64,000 bases of DNA from an uncultured bacterium (GTDB taxonomy: Bacteria; Verrucomicrobiota; Verrucomicrobiia; Limisphaerales; UBA8199): NCBI GenBank assembly GCA_963749495.1, contig CAVVMW010000023.1:544001-608000 (forward strand). Direction: 5' to 3'. A program made the translations under genes and the position numbers. The notes under the pieces were generated by a model, which was not told the DNA's origin, ran no database searches, and worked only from the letters and a program-made list of their open reading frames with translations. This document shows positions 48,564-58,003 of this stretch, one piece after another. The first letter of the stretch is position 1. The number at the start of each line of letters is the position of its first letter.

Positions 48564-48836
48564 TCACCCGTCCTCCGCAGTCCCGATCCTATCGGGACGG
48601 ATGGTGGACGCCTCACCTTTTCTCTCCTCGTCGGCAACGCATTTCGAGAATTCAGCGCCCACGGCTCGGAGGGCCGGGTCGCGAGAGGCGAGGAGCTCGG
48701 AGAGAGATTGCTGCCTGGTTGCGTGGAGGATGCGGGCACGGAAGTCGGCTTGGGCTTGCCTGGCTTGGGCCTCGGCTTCGATGCGGTCAGCGCGGCGGCG
48801 GTCCAGTTGGAGGGATTGAAAGCTGGAATTTCTCAT
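48564..48836 (-). CDS. Small helical hypothetical protein; 3' end invaded by hairpin/heptamer repeats
   Basis: MRNSSFQSLQLDRRRADRIEAEAQARQ...; ends in repeat-derived STIRPDRIGTAEDG. Confidence 0.4.
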   Translation of the reverse strand: MRNSSFQSLQLDRRRADRIEAEAQARQAQADFRARILHATRQQSLSELLASRDPALRAVGAEFSKCVADEERKGEASTIRPDRIGTAEDG

Positions 48837-48974
48837 GGACGCCACTATGCGCCGCCTCGACCGCTCCTGTCCACGGACAGAGCGGACTGTTCGGACAATG
48901 CGGAGTTTTTACGGTTGGGCCGGCTATCGATGGGGTGGATTTTGGCCGCCCGCGAAGCGGCAATGGCGGGTCTT

Positions 48975-49124
48975 TGTGAATGTCATCGCGCCGATCCCCA
49001 CGATTCCTCAGATGGTACACGGCACCCGGAAACTGAATGCGCAGTTGGCGCGGCATGGTCCATTGTGGCTGCCCCGCCCGTGCTGTCACTCGAAAATGCA
49101 CAATGTACGGGCTGACCCCTTTCC
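48975..49124 (-). pseudogene. N-terminal fragment of REP-associated tyrosine (Y1/HUH) transposase with GGGGTCAG end
   Basis: MPRQLRIQFPGAVYHLRNRGDRRDDI (ATG 49056). Confidence 0.75.
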
Positions 49125-49204
49125 TGGACGGGCCGAAGTGCTCGCTTTTTTATTGCGCCAAGACCGCCATGAACTAAAATCGGCGTCAGGGTCTAAGCTG
49201 GATC

Positions 49205-52000
49205 ATGGCTGAACTAACCCCAGAGCAGAAAGCTCGTGAGCGGATCGATGAGATGCTGGTCGCCTCCGGCTGGGCGGTTCAGGATTACAAAGCCTTTGAC
49301 CCGTCCGCCGCGCGCGGCATTGCATTGCGCGAGGTGCCGCTCAGATCGGGCCGCTGCGACTACCTGCTGCTGGTCGACCGGAAGCCTCTCGGCGTCGTCG
49401 AGGCCAAGAAAACCGGCACAACGCTCTCCAGCGTCGCCGACCAATCCGGCCACTACGGGGAAAACCTGCCGGATTTCATTCGCGCCCTTGCGCCGGGCCG
49501 CCTGGCGTTCCTTTACGAATCCACCGGCATCGAAACCTTCTTCCGCGATGAACGGGACCCCGCGCCGCGCTCGCGGCGGGTCTTCACATTCCACCGCCCG
49601 GAGACATTGGCGGCGTGCGCGGCTCAACCGGAAACGCTGCGCCGGCGGCTGGCGCAAATGCCGGCGGCGCACCCGCTGACAAGAACCGGCATGAGAGGCT
49701 GCCAATTTGAGGCCAACACGAAACTCGAGCGATCTTTTGCCGCCGACCGACCCCGCTCGCTTATCCAGATGGCCACCGGCGCGGGCAAAACCTACGCCGC
49801 GTGCGCCTTCACCTATCGCCTCATCAAATATGCCGGCGCACACCGTGTGCTTTTTCTGGTCGACCGCGCCAACCTCGGCCGCCAGGCCAAGGGCGAGTTT
49901 GATCAATTCGCTACGCCCGACACGGGCCGCAAGTTCACCGAGCTGTACAATGTCCAGCACCTCCGGTCCAACAAACTGGATCACGTCGCGCGTGTTACGA
50001 TCTGCACCATCCAACGGCTCTATTCCATGTTGCGCGGCGAGGAGATGGACGAGGACCTTGACGAGAAATCCGGTTTTGAATTGGCGGCGGCGGATGACCG
50101 CGAGCGCGAGGTTAAATACAACCCCGCCATTCCAATCGAGACTTTCGACTTCATCATCACCGATGAATGCCACCGCTCGATTTACAATCTTTGGCGACAG
50201 GTGCTCGAGTATTTCGACGCCCACCTCATCGGCCTCACCGCCACTCCTTCCAAGCAGACGATCGGCTTCTTTAACCAGAACCTCGTTATGGAGTACGGCC
50301 ACGAGCGAGCGGTGGCCGATGGCGTGAATGTCGGTTACGAGGTTTATCGCGTTCGCACCCAGGTTTCCGAGCAGGGCGGCAAGGTCGAGAAGGGGTTCTA
50401 CGTCGATAAACGGCACAAGGAAACCCGCGCCCGGCGCTGGGAGCAACTCGACGAAGACCTCACTTACGGCCCGCGGGACCTCGATCGCTCGGTTGTCGTG
50501 CCCTCGCAAATCCGCACCGTGTTGCAGGCATTCAAGGAGGCGCTTCACACCGTGCTTTTTCCCGGTCGCTCTCTGGTCCCCAAAACGCTCATTTTTTGCA
50601 AAGACGATTCGCACGCGGAGGATGTGGTCCATCTCGTTCGCGAGGTTTTTGGGCGCGGCAACGATTTTGCCAAGAAGATTACCTACCAGGCGAAGCACCC
50701 CGTCACCGGCAAGCCGGCTAACACCGAATCGCTGATCCAGGAATTCCGCACGTCGCCTCAATTGCGGGTTGCCGTCACCGTGGACATGATCGCCACGGGC
50801 ACAGACATCAAGCCGCTCGAGTGCCTCCTTTTCCTGCGGGACATCCGCAGCCGTGTCTATTTCGAGCAGATGAAGGGGCGCGGGACACGTGTGCTCACGC
50901 CTACCGACCTCCAGGCGGTCTCGGGCGGGGACGCCCGCGCCAAGACGCATTTCGTCGTGGTGGACGCGGTGGGCGTGTGCGAGAGCGACAAGACCGACTC
51001 ACGCCCGCTGGAGAAGAAGCCATCCGTGGCCTTCGACAAGCTCCTGCTGGGTGTGGCCCTTGGCAAACGCGACGAGGACACGCTGACGACGCTGGCGGGG
51101 CGCCTGGCACGGCTGGATCGCGAGATCACCGCGTCCCAACGCCAGCAAATCGGCAACCTTGCCGGGGAGAAAACGCTCGCCGAACTCTCCCGCGCACTGC
51201 TCGACGCCTGCGACCCAGAGGTGATTGCCGGGGAGGCTAAGGGGAAACCCGGCGCATCACCGGACGAAGTACCACCCGAAAAACTGGATGCCGCGCGGCG
51301 GGGCCTCGTCGCCGCCGCTTGCGCCCCGTTCGATCTGCCCGCCCTGCGCGAGGCGCTCGCCAAAGCCAAACAGAGCGCGGAGCAAACCATCGACACCGTT
51401 ACCGCCGATACCGTTATCTCGCAGGGCTTCGACGCCGCCGCCGGGGAAAAGGCCGCGAGCCTCCTGAAATCCTTCCGCGATTACATCGAGGAGCACAAGG
51501 CCGAGATCACCGCGCTGCAAATTCTCTACAGCCGCCCACACAAGCAACGGCTCACCGAGTCGATGCTCAAGGAATTGGAAACGAAGCTCCGGGAAAACCA
51601 TGCCGCGTGGACCGAGGACCGGCTTTGGGACGCTTGCGCCGCCGCCCAGCCCGGTCAGGTGGCAGGCCGTTCCCAGGTCGGTCGTTTCGCCGATCTTGTC
51701 GCCCTGGTGCGCTTCGCGTTGGAACAACAGCCCGTGCTCAAGCCATTTGCCGAATCGGTCCACGAACGCTTCGACGAATGGCTCATGGACAAGGCCAAGG
51801 CCGGGACCCTCTTTGTGCCCGAGCAACTCGCATGGCTAAACCTTATCCGCGACCACATTGCCACCAGCCTCAGCATCGAGGCGGAAGATTTCGATTATTC
51901 GCCCTTCAGCCAGCGCGGTGGCTTGGGCAGAGCGCATGAGGTTTTCGGAGAACAACTGCCGGGGCTACTGGAAGAACTCAATGGGGTGCTGATGGCATGA
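49205..52000 (+). CDS. hsdR: Type I restriction enzyme R subunit (EcoEI/EcoAI-like)
   Basis: CDYLL..VVEAKK nuclease, QMATGAGKT, DECHRS, GLTATP, FEQMKGRGTR, C-terminal PFSQRGGLGRA. Confidence 0.95.
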   Translation: MAELTPEQKARERIDEMLVASGWAVQDYKAFDPSAARGIALREVPLRSGRCDYLLLVDRKPLGVVEAKKTGTTLSSVADQSGHYGENLPDFIRALAPGRLAFLYESTGIETFFRDERDPAPRSRRVFTFHRPETLAACAAQPETLRRRLAQMPAAHPLTRTGMRGCQFEANTKLERSFAADRPRSLIQMATGAGKTYAACAFTYRLIKYAGAHRVLFLVDRANLGRQAKGEFDQFATPDTGRKFTELYNVQHLRSNKLDHVARVTICTIQRLYSMLRGEEMDEDLDEKSGFELAAADDREREVKYNPAIPIETFDFIITDECHRSIYNLWRQVLEYFDAHLIGLTATPSKQTIGFFNQNLVMEYGHERAVADGVNVGYEVYRVRTQVSEQGGKVEKGFYVDKRHKETRARRWEQLDEDLTYGPRDLDRSVVVPSQIRTVLQAFKEALHTVLFPGRSLVPKTLIFCKDDSHAEDVVHLVREVFGRGNDFAKKITYQAKHPVTGKPANTESLIQEFRTSPQLRVAVTVDMIATGTDIKPLECLLFLRDIRSRVYFEQMKGRGTRVLTPTDLQAVSGGDARAKTHFVVVDAVGVCESDKTDSRPLEKKPSVAFDKLLLGVALGKRDEDTLTTLAGRLARLDREITASQRQQIGNLAGEKTLAELSRALLDACDPEVIAGEAKGKPGASPDEVPPEKLDAARRGLVAAACAPFDLPALREALAKAKQSAEQTIDTVTADTVISQGFDAAAGEKAASLLKSFRDYIEEHKAEITALQILYSRPHKQRLTESMLKELETKLRENHAAWTEDRLWDACAAAQPGQVAGRSQVGRFADLVALVRFALEQQPVLKPFAESVHERFDEWLMDKAKAGTLFVPEQLAWLNLIRDHIATSLSIEAEDFDYSPFSQRGGLGRAHEVFGEQLPGLLEELNGVLMA

Positions 52001-53355
52001 ATTTCATCATTCGGTCTTTGGCCCAGGTCGTCCGACCACGCCGAGCGAAAGTTTCACCGTCGGAGCATCCTGCACTGTCTTACATCGGCCTTGAGCACAT
52101 CGAAGCACACACCACGCGTCTCCTTGGAACAGTCCCAGCGACAGAGATGCGGAGCACAGCAAACCACTTTCAACCCGGCAACGTACTGTATTCACGCCTG
52201 CGTCCTTACCTCAATAAAGTGTGGCGCGCAGACCGCGAAGGGCTTTGCTCGTCGGAGTTCATCGTGCTGCCGGCCAACGACCAAGTTGACTCGGATTTTC
52301 TGCGTTACCGGCTTAACGCGCACGATTTCGTTTCGTTCGCAACACATCTCAACGCGGGGGACCGGCCTCGCGTGGACTTCGACCAGATTTCCGTTTTTGA
52401 CATCCGGCTACCGAAGACTCTGTACGAACAGCGCCGCATCGTGGCGGAGATCGAAAGGCAACTCGCGCGACTCGAGGTGGGAATGGCGGCGTTGCGTCGG
52501 ACCCAAGCCAAGCTCAAACGCTACCGCGCCGCCGTCCTCAAAGCCGCATGCGAAGGCAAACTCGTTCCCACCGAGGCCGAACTGTGCCGCTCTCAACCCT
52601 CAACCAAAGACTCTCAGCCAACCTGCGAAACGGGCGAAGCCCTGTTGCGCCGGATTCTGGCCGAGCGGCGCGCCACGTGGCAGGGCCGCGGCAAATACAA
52701 AGAACCCGCCGCTCCCGACACCGCGAACCTGCCAGCGCTCCCCGAGCGCTGGACGTGGGCGCGACTGGAGCAGCTTGGCTTCACGTTTGGCGGACTGACC
52801 AAGAACCCAAAGCGGGCGAAGCTCGCGAGAAAACTTCCGTACCTCCGAGTCGCGAACGTTTACGCGAATGAGCTTCGGCTCGACAACATCGAGCAAATTG
52901 GCGTCGCATATCCTGAACTTGAAAAGCTCCTCGTTCACGCCGGTGACCTTCTCATCGTAGAGGGTAACGGGAGCAGAGGCCAAATCGGACGCTTGGCAAT
53001 CTGGGATGGCTCAATCGAACCGTGCGTTCACCAGAATCATGTTATCAAGGTCAGGCCAGTCGTTCCCGCGCTCGGGAAATGGACTCTGGACTGGTTGCTG
53101 TCGCCGGGTGGACGGCATTTTGTTGAATTGGTCGCAAGCTCGACATCTGGCCTCTACACGCTCAGTGTGAACAAAGTCGGCGACTTGGCCATTCCACTTC
53201 CCCCGCTCGACGAGCAGTCCCGGATCGTGGCGGAGGTGGAGCGGCGGTTGAGCGTGGTGGAGGAATTGGAGGCGGTGGTGAGCGCCAACCTGCAAAGGGC
53301 GGGTCGTTTGCGCCAATCCATTCTCCAGAAAGCGTTCGGTGGACAACTCGCATGA
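51997..53355 (+). CDS. hsdS: Type I R-M specificity subunit
   Basis: Two TRDs with EQRRIVAEIE and PLPPLDEQSRIVAEVE...RQSILQKAF conserved regions. Confidence 0.93.
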   Translation: MNFIIRSLAQVVRPRRAKVSPSEHPALSYIGLEHIEAHTTRLLGTVPATEMRSTANHFQPGNVLYSRLRPYLNKVWRADREGLCSSEFIVLPANDQVDSDFLRYRLNAHDFVSFATHLNAGDRPRVDFDQISVFDIRLPKTLYEQRRIVAEIERQLARLEVGMAALRRTQAKLKRYRAAVLKAACEGKLVPTEAELCRSQPSTKDSQPTCETGEALLRRILAERRATWQGRGKYKEPAAPDTANLPALPERWTWARLEQLGFTFGGLTKNPKRAKLARKLPYLRVANVYANELRLDNIEQIGVAYPELEKLLVHAGDLLIVEGNGSRGQIGRLAIWDGSIEPCVHQNHVIKVRPVVPALGKWTLDWLLSPGGRHFVELVASSTSGLYTLSVNKVGDLAIPLPPLDEQSRIVAEVERRLSVVEELEAVVSANLQRAGRLRQSILQKAFGGQLA

Positions 53356-53475
53356 ACCCGCCATTCATCCTTCATCCGTTTTTCTTCTGGGTTGGCCCGG
53401 CTGCCCCAGGCAGTCCGTGTTGCAGAGGGCCTTTAGCGGCCAGTTGTGAATGGCATTTACTCTGATCAATCAAAG

Positions 53476-53490
53476 TGGCACATTGTGCCA
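53476..53490. promoter_or_regulatory. Perfect palindrome TGGCAC-ATT-GTGCCA, candidate operator
   Basis: 33 nt upstream of ATG 53524. Confidence 0.45.
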
Positions 53491-53523
53491 GGACAACGAT
53501 CCCGCGAACCGAAGGATCAAAAA

Positions 53524-54468
53524 ATGAAACTGCTGGAAAGGACATTTGAATTACGCGGCCCGGAGGGGCTGGGCGCAAAGCCGCGGCCGGAATTGATCGG
53601 CCCGGTGCTTGGCCGGGTGCATGACACTTTGCTGGACGCGGTGCGCATGGGTTTCCTACGTTCCAGCCGTGCCTTGGGGCGAGTTCCACTATGCTTGCAG
53701 CGAGCGGCGGACGTGCGATTTATCGGGCATGCGGCAGGACAGAATGACTCGACGATTCTCCGCTTTGAGGTGCCTGAGTTTGGTAGTGTAGCTGAAGAGT
53801 TGTTTGAACAAGGCCAACTCTGGAATTCCGGGCCGAAGCCGGAACAGACGGCGTTTGACCTGCTTACAGCTTCGTTGCGCGACGTGCGACAAATGGCAAG
53901 GAACAGCGAGCGTTTTGATCATGCGTTGCTGCGACGGTTTGCTGGTTACCGGCATTTGCTCCGGCGCGGGCTAAGTTCCATCGCGTTGCCGGACGCCAAT
54001 GCGTCCGAGATGGAGAGCATTGACGAACCGTTGAGCGCCGCCGCGGAAAGTTTGTTCCGGGAGACCCCGCCTGCCCGTCGAGTGCGCGTGTGTGGACGAC
54101 TGGATTTGCTCGCTGTCAGCAAGCGCGTCTTGGGCCTTTATCTCGAGGACGGGGCACCCGTGAGGGCAGTCTGGACGATTGAAGGCTTCGTCGATCTGGC
54201 AGACTTTCTGGACAAGCAGGTGGTGATTGAAGGTCTGGCCGAATTTCGCCCCTCGGGAACGCTGCTCCGTGTGGACGCGGATGCCATTCGAGACGCTGGC
54301 GCGGGGGACGCGTCCTTCTCGACCCTTCCGCTGCCGGAAGTCCATAGCGATTATCCGAAGGCAGCAGCAGTTCGGCCGGGCCAGAAGCCTTATGCTGCAA
54401 TTTTTGGCCTGATCCCCGGGGAAGAACCTGACGAGGAGTTTGCGGCTGCCGTGGCTGAACTGAGTTGA
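53524..54468 (+). CDS. Uncharacterised ~315-aa protein with acidic antitoxin-like tail, inside the R-M operon
   Basis: Long ORF; beta-rich OB-like C-terminal region; tail AIFGLIPGEEPDEEFAAAVAELS; TGATG overlap with the PIN gene. Confidence 0.8.
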   Translation: MKLLERTFELRGPEGLGAKPRPELIGPVLGRVHDTLLDAVRMGFLRSSRALGRVPLCLQRAADVRFIGHAAGQNDSTILRFEVPEFGSVAEELFEQGQLWNSGPKPEQTAFDLLTASLRDVRQMARNSERFDHALLRRFAGYRHLLRRGLSSIALPDANASEMESIDEPLSAAAESLFRETPPARRVRVCGRLDLLAVSKRVLGLYLEDGAPVRAVWTIEGFVDLADFLDKQVVIEGLAEFRPSGTLLRVDADAIRDAGAGDASFSTLPLPEVHSDYPKAAAVRPGQKPYAAIFGLIPGEEPDEEFAAAVAELS

Positions 54469-54926
54469 TGCTGCCCACCACAAGCTATCTTCTCGACACT
54501 GGCATCCTTCTGCATTGGGTTCGCGGCAGCAAGGTGGCAACGGTCATTGACGAGCAGTTCCAGCTACGTGAGGCACATTTCCGCCCGCTGATTTGCGAGG
54601 TTAGCCTCGGGGAAATCGAAGCGTTTGCGCGCAGCGCAAATTGGGGAGAGCAGAAACGAAGCAAGCTCAAAGAACTTAAGAAGGAACTCATCGCAGTGGA
54701 TATTTCCGATTCGCGCGTGATTGAGGCTTACGCGGATTTGAGTTCACTCGCGAAGGCAAATGGTTGGGGGATTTTCCGGGCGAAGAATGATCTTTGGGTA
54801 GGCGCGGCAACGCGGGTTACGGGAGCGACGTTGTTGACTGCGGACAAGGATTTTCTGCCCCTACGCGATGAAAGGCACCTCGACGTTATCTTTTTGGACG
54901 CGATGACGGGTTGGAAACTTTCCTGA
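54468..54926 (+). CDS. PIN-domain (VapC-like) ribonuclease inside the R-M operon
   Basis: YLLDTGIL, SLGEI, KNDLWVGA, LLTADKDF. Confidence 0.9.
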   Translation: MLPTTSYLLDTGILLHWVRGSKVATVIDEQFQLREAHFRPLICEVSLGEIEAFARSANWGEQKRSKLKELKKELIAVDISDSRVIEAYADLSSLAKANGWGIFRAKNDLWVGAATRVTGATLLTADKDFLPLRDERHLDVIFLDAMTGWKLS

Positions 54927-54929
54927 GCG

Positions 54930-56450
54930 ATGAGCAACCCCGCCCAACTCGTTCACAAGCTTTGGAATTATTGCAGCATCCTCCGCGATGACGGCCTTGG
55001 CTACGGCGATTACGTGGAGCAGTTGACATATCTCCTGTTCCTCAAGATGGCCGATGAGCAGAGCCGCCCGCCATTCAATAAACCCGCCGCTGTGCCCAAA
55101 GATTACGGCTGGCCGAGCCTTCTGGCCAGGGATGGGGATGATCTGGAGACACATTACCGCCATGTGCTCGAAACCCTCGGCAAGCGGCCCGGCATGCTGG
55201 GCGTCATCTTCCGCAAGGCGCAGAACAAAATCCAGGACCCGGCCAAGCTGCGCCGGCTCATCGTGGACCTGATCGACAAGGAACAGTGGTCCAGCCTCTC
55301 CGCCGACGTGAAGGGTGACGCCTACGAGGGCCTTCTGCAAAAGAACGCGGAGGACGTGAAGGGCGGCGCGGGCCAGTACTTCACGGCGCGTCCGTTAATT
55401 GCGGCGGTGGTGGACGTGATGGCGCCCCGGCCTGGCCAAACGATGTGCGATCCGGCTGGGGGCACGGGCGGTTTCGTGCTGGCCACGCACAACTACATCG
55501 CTGGCCATTACGCGCTGGACCGCGCGCAGAAGAAGCTGCTCAAGAGCGGAACACTGTTCGTGGTGGAGTTGGTGGACAGCGTTGCCCGGCTCTGCTGCAT
55601 GAACCTGCTCCTGCACGGCATTGGGGGCGACGGCACTGCTGAGGTGCCGGTGTTAGTCCGGGACGCGCTGGCCGGAAAGCACGGCGAATATGACCTGGTG
55701 ATGACGAATCCGCCCTTTGGCAAAAAGAGCAGCGTCACAATAGTCAACGAAGCCGGCGAGCAGGAGAAGGAATCGCTCGTGATCAACCGAGACGATTTTT
55801 GGGCCAGCAGCAGCAACAAGCAACTCAACTTCCTCCAGCATGTTTTCACCATTCTCAAGCAGCATGGCCGGGCAGCGGTGGTGCTGCCGGACAACGTGCT
55901 TTTCGAGGGCGGCGCCGGCGAGACTGTCCGCCGCGCCCTGCTGAAACAGGCGGACGTGCATACACTGCTGCGCCTGCCGACCGGCATCTTTTACGCCCAG
56001 GGCGTGAAGGCGAACGTGTTGTTTTTCGACCGCAAACCGGCCCAGGAAACGCCGTGGACGCAAAAGCTGTGGATTTACGACCTGCGGACAAACATGCACT
56101 TCACCCTCAAGGAGAATCCGCTCAAGCGCAGCAACCTCGACGATTTCGTGGCGTCCTACAATCCGAAGAACCGCCACGAGCGGAAGGAGAAGGAACGATT
56201 CAAGAGCTTCGCGTATGGCAACCTGCTCAAGCGCGACAAAGTGAACCTCGACATTTTCTGGCTCAAGGATGAGTCGTTGGAGGAATCTGCAAACCTTCCC
56301 GCGCCGGGCGTTATCGCCGCCGAGATCACGGAAGATTTGGAGGCCGCGCTCGAGCAGTTTGCAACCATTGCCCAGGACATGAGGAAGCCGGGGCATGGGC
56401 CGGAGGGCAGGGGCGACGGACGGAGCGGAGGGGCCGGGGATGGGCAATAG
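54930..56450 (+). CDS. hsdM: Type I R-M m6A methyltransferase
   Basis: LWNYCSILRDDG, GQYFTARP, DPAGGTGGF, TNPPFG, LRLPTGIF. Confidence 0.95.
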   Translation: MSNPAQLVHKLWNYCSILRDDGLGYGDYVEQLTYLLFLKMADEQSRPPFNKPAAVPKDYGWPSLLARDGDDLETHYRHVLETLGKRPGMLGVIFRKAQNKIQDPAKLRRLIVDLIDKEQWSSLSADVKGDAYEGLLQKNAEDVKGGAGQYFTARPLIAAVVDVMAPRPGQTMCDPAGGTGGFVLATHNYIAGHYALDRAQKKLLKSGTLFVVELVDSVARLCCMNLLLHGIGGDGTAEVPVLVRDALAGKHGEYDLVMTNPPFGKKSSVTIVNEAGEQEKESLVINRDDFWASSSNKQLNFLQHVFTILKQHGRAAVVLPDNVLFEGGAGETVRRALLKQADVHTLLRLPTGIFYAQGVKANVLFFDRKPAQETPWTQKLWIYDLRTNMHFTLKENPLKRSNLDDFVASYNPKNRHERKEKERFKSFAYGNLLKRDKVNLDIFWLKDESLEESANLPAPGVIAAEITEDLEAALEQFATIAQDMRKPGHGPEGRGDGRSGGAGDGQ

Positions 56451-56517
56451 CCGAGAGCGGGTGGCTTGCCCCCTTTTTCCGCGGCTCATTCTGCTCCGGC
56501 TCCCGAAACCGATTGGC

Positions 56518-56904
56518 GTCATGTCTTGTCATTTGGACAATCGGTCCTGGATTGCGGCTATTTCTTCTCGCAGGCGGCGGTCGGGTTCGAGGCGCCGGCC
56601 AAAGCGCGCGAGGGCTTTGCTCACTACGGCGTAGTCCAAACCGCCAGCTAACTCAAACCCATAACCGGGCCAGCGGCTGGCGCCAGACCCGGGCCAGCGG
56701 CGGGCGGTAGCCGGCGTAACCGGCAGACGAAAAAATGGAAATGGTCTGCGTCATCACGGAAGATGTCCTGGCGTTCATTGCCGCGGGCGGTGCCGTGATA
56801 CCGCCCGCCCGTCCGTTCGGTGCGCAACGCGCGTGCCATGGGCCAATGGAATCATCCCGGAATCCCGGCGTCAGGTGCCAATTGTCCAAATGGCAAGACA
56901 TGAC
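56518..56904 (-). mobile_element. Internally deleted RAYT (Y1) element bounded by 24-bp inverted repeats
   Basis: GTCATGTCTTGTCATTTGGACAAT / ATTGTCCAAATGGCAAGACATGAC; contains MARALRTERTGGRYHGTARGNERQDIF and the C-terminal ..DYAVVSKAL..LSK*. Confidence 0.8.
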
Positions 56905-57005
56905 CGCAATGGTCTTACGGCCTGACCCCAATGGTCTTACGGCCCGCCCCATCCTCCCAGAGCCACCGTGTGGTCGGACCGCGGTCCTGTTACAGCCACT
57001 GTCCA

Positions 57006-58003
57006 TTACCTGACGCCTACAGCCTCTTTCACCCACGCCGGAAAGTGTATGGAGTGAGCGCCAAAATACTCCACCTGAAGCTTGGCCAGAAATGTGACGA
57101 GCAACAATGCCACCACCGGCCAAACAAGCACGGAGTTGGCTTTGTGCAGCCGGCGGCCAACGACGAGGGCTCTTGTCTTTACTTCCGGCACGTCCTCCAC
57201 GATGCGCAACTGGTGAACATGCGCCCATGCCCAAATGCCAATCGAGTGGTACGCGATGTATAGCAGGGTCGCAGGGCACACGTGAATCCCAACGAGGGGA
57301 AGCTTCGCCCTAAGAAAAACAGGCAGCAACGTAAAAACCGCCAACCAAAACACCTTTGCGCCCAGCACTCCAGTATAATGTTGTTTAAGATCGGCTTCCA
57401 AAGCCTCGCTGGCTCCGCGCGCCGAGCGGATGCATGCCGACGGTACCCCAGCCTCTGATGCCCCAAGGACGGAAGCGCCGAACTTCCCTGGGGCGCTGCT
57501 TGGCGTTCGGTCGTCCAGCCGCGGCGAAAGCGAACTCGGCGCTATGGGAGCAGCGTCGGAAGGAGCCCCGAGAGGCCGTCGGCGCATGTCGCTCTTCTCG
57601 CTTCTTCGAACAGCGGCAGCCTCTCCTTGATGGACCGGAGCGACTCCAGGCGAGCCTTGAGATCGTTCGAGGAGTCCTCGATTTCGGCCAGGAAGCAGCC
57701 GAATGTTTCCTCTGGCTCCCATCGCGCGCCGTATTCGGCGGCAATTCTTCGAGAGTCGAACAGGTGCTGGAGTAACTCCTTGTTGTAGTCATTCCAGCGC
57801 CTGTAGTCGGACCACAACGTATCGTGATCCCTCTCGTGCTTTTGCGAGGGTTTTCCCTCATAGCCCGCCTCGCGACGAACCTCCTCCCGCAGTTTATCGA
57901 GGCGTGCCAGAAGTCCCTCGCCCGAACCGATTCGCCCCGAAATCTTCTCGTCGGCTTCTTTGCGAGATACCCGCAAGCTGCAGAGTCCGCTGGTTCCGGC
58001 CAT
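57006..58003 (-). CDS. Hypothetical: helical N-terminal domain + linker + hydrophobic TM C-terminus; split near 57600 (or two genes)
   Basis: VSRKEADEKISGRI...YRRWNDYNKELLQHLF...LESLRSIKERL in one frame; VFWLAVFTLLPVFL...VWPVVALLLVTFL in the other. Confidence 0.5.
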
